Of a stretch of DNA of 38,867 bases, positions 37,843-38,867 are shown piece after piece. The notes beneath the pieces are model-generated. The model ran no database searches. It saw only the letters and a program-made list of their open reading frames with translations, and was not told the DNA's origin. Position numbers and translations under genes: made by a program. Origin of the DNA: Paraglomus brasilianum (lineage: Eukaryota); assembly GCA_910592345.1 (NCBI GenBank), contig CAJVPI010000250.1, positions 1 to 38,867 of the forward strand, given 5' to 3'. The stretch's first letter is position 1; every line of letters starts with the position of its first letter.

Positions 37843-38867
37843 TATGGCACGCCAGAGTGGACAAAAGTCTGAATTTAAATTCAGAAAATAGCGTCAAACA
37901 ATTACGTCATTAGCGTCAAAGAATTATGTACAACAACCACTCGTCAATCAGTTGATAATACGGGATCGTTGATCTAATATAGACAAGGGGATTTATTCTC
38001 TAGTTTGCTATACGCTGTACATTTTTGTTTATCAATAACTGATTGGGAAAATTAAATATGGCAAGCTCGACTGTCGTCTAAAACAAATTTATGCTTGATA
38101 GTCGTCAGACCTATTTTGAAGTAATTGTCGGACGAGTACAACGGCGCCTAAGAATATATTGATACCAGAATTTTCATCCTCATCGGTTGGATTAAACTGA
38201 TCTCTGAGGACATCGTATTCATTCCTAGTTAATAAATTTCCAAAATTCTCGTCAACTATAATATCGCCGCTGTTTTCATTATCATCTTGTTCATTGCTAT
38301 CACGAGTTTCTTCAACTCTATAATTGTCATCAACTCCATTATATTCGTCATACGCTTCATAGCCATTTGTTATCATTCCAACTTGCCACAATTGTAACGG
38401 CGTTCGATTGTGCTCTGTTCGAATGGAATGATTGTTCCAGGTTTCTGTGAACGTCCTAAAAGCTCTATTTATCCGCGCCATATATACGTAATGCAGACAG
38501 TACAAATGAACGGTATCGTCTATATCAAAGCCATATTCTTCTTCAAGGTGAATAAATATCAAACGAAAGAATCTAATTAGCGTTCTGTTGAGGTCACGCC
38601 ATAATCGCTCAATCCGTTGATTATGTACAGAAGTTCCACAGAGATGGCTGCCACGGTCAGTGCCTCTATAGTTGATCATAAAGTCGGCCACTTGTATATT
38701 CTCCATTCCATAGTCGCTTCGAGTTCGGCTTGGGACTCCCCATTTGGCACATGCTTCTCGAAAACAGTTTAGAACAGTTTTATTATCTCGGAGACATACT
38801 TTGGAAAAATTTAAAGAGGGATTCAATGTTGACTTTGGACATGGTGCAAGGGGGATTGAGGTAACTA
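37843..38867 (-). mobile_element. Candidate IS3EU-like DNA transposon (one end only)
   Basis: Integrase ORF plus, ~250 bp past its stop, TATGGCACGCC..., an 18-bp palindrome (37868-37885) and 22-bp-period sub-terminal repeats TAGCGTCAAA(C/G)AATTA(C/T)GT. Confidence 0.45.
38089..38867 (-). CDS. Integrase-core (rve/IS3-IS481-like DDE) transposase, C-terminal part; 5' part truncated, intron-interrupted or outside the window
   Basis: TVLNCFREACAKWGVPSRTRSDYGMEN..RGTDRGSHLCGTSVHNQRIERLWRDL..CLHYVY..WNNHSIRTEHNRTPLQLW. The frame stays open to the window edge, but the first ~25 codons do not resemble the expected upstream motif. Confidence 0.85.
   Translation of the reverse strand, partial: VTSIPLAPCPKSTLNPSLNFSKVCLRDNKTVLNCFREACAKWGVPSRTRSDYGMENIQVADFMINYRGTDRGSHLCGTSVHNQRIERLWRDLNRTLIRFFRLIFIHLEEEYGFDIDDTVHLYCLHYVYMARINRAFRTFTETWNNHSIRTEHNRTPLQLWQVGMITNGYEAYDEYNGVDDNYRVEETRDSNEQDDNENSGDIIVDENFGNLLTRNEYDVLRDQFNPTDEDENSGINIFLGAVVLVRQLLQNRSDDYQA

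Noticed and set aside
1..38867. Prokaryotic operon/defence-system interpretation; tRNA or rRNA genes
   Set aside because: The cellular genes are split by spliceosomal introns, so the bacterial-style ORF track only fragments them; no tRNA cloverleaf or rRNA motif was seen.

Overview
Eukaryotic, intron-rich, AT-rich fungal DNA. The gene families (TKL-type kinases with a WTSGN-like/LEWIP preamble, kinase-SEL1 fusion, dual hybrid histidine kinase) point to an early-diverging fungus, most likely Glomeromycotina (inference). Left third: a Tc1/mariner-type MITE, a ~20-exon dual hybrid histidine kinase (3526-10459 +), a CYB5RL-like Cys-motif/FAD/NAD oxidoreductase (-) and a myosin regulatory light chain (+). 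Middle: a three-gene kinase cluster. It holds a frameshifted multi-module kinase pseudogene (-), a pseudokinase-SEL1-repeat gene (-) and, head-to-head with it, a multi-module pseudokinase (+) that is the inverted paralogue of the pseudogene. The SEL1 array has near-identical 108-bp units with localised variable residues and lies in a ~1.6 kb stretch where I found no CpG. Right third: an 8-exon two-TM channel-like gene, a second MITE, a 3-exon multi-TM gene and an rve-type integrase/transposase with a candidate element terminus. Exon boundaries were called by eye and may be off by a few bases.
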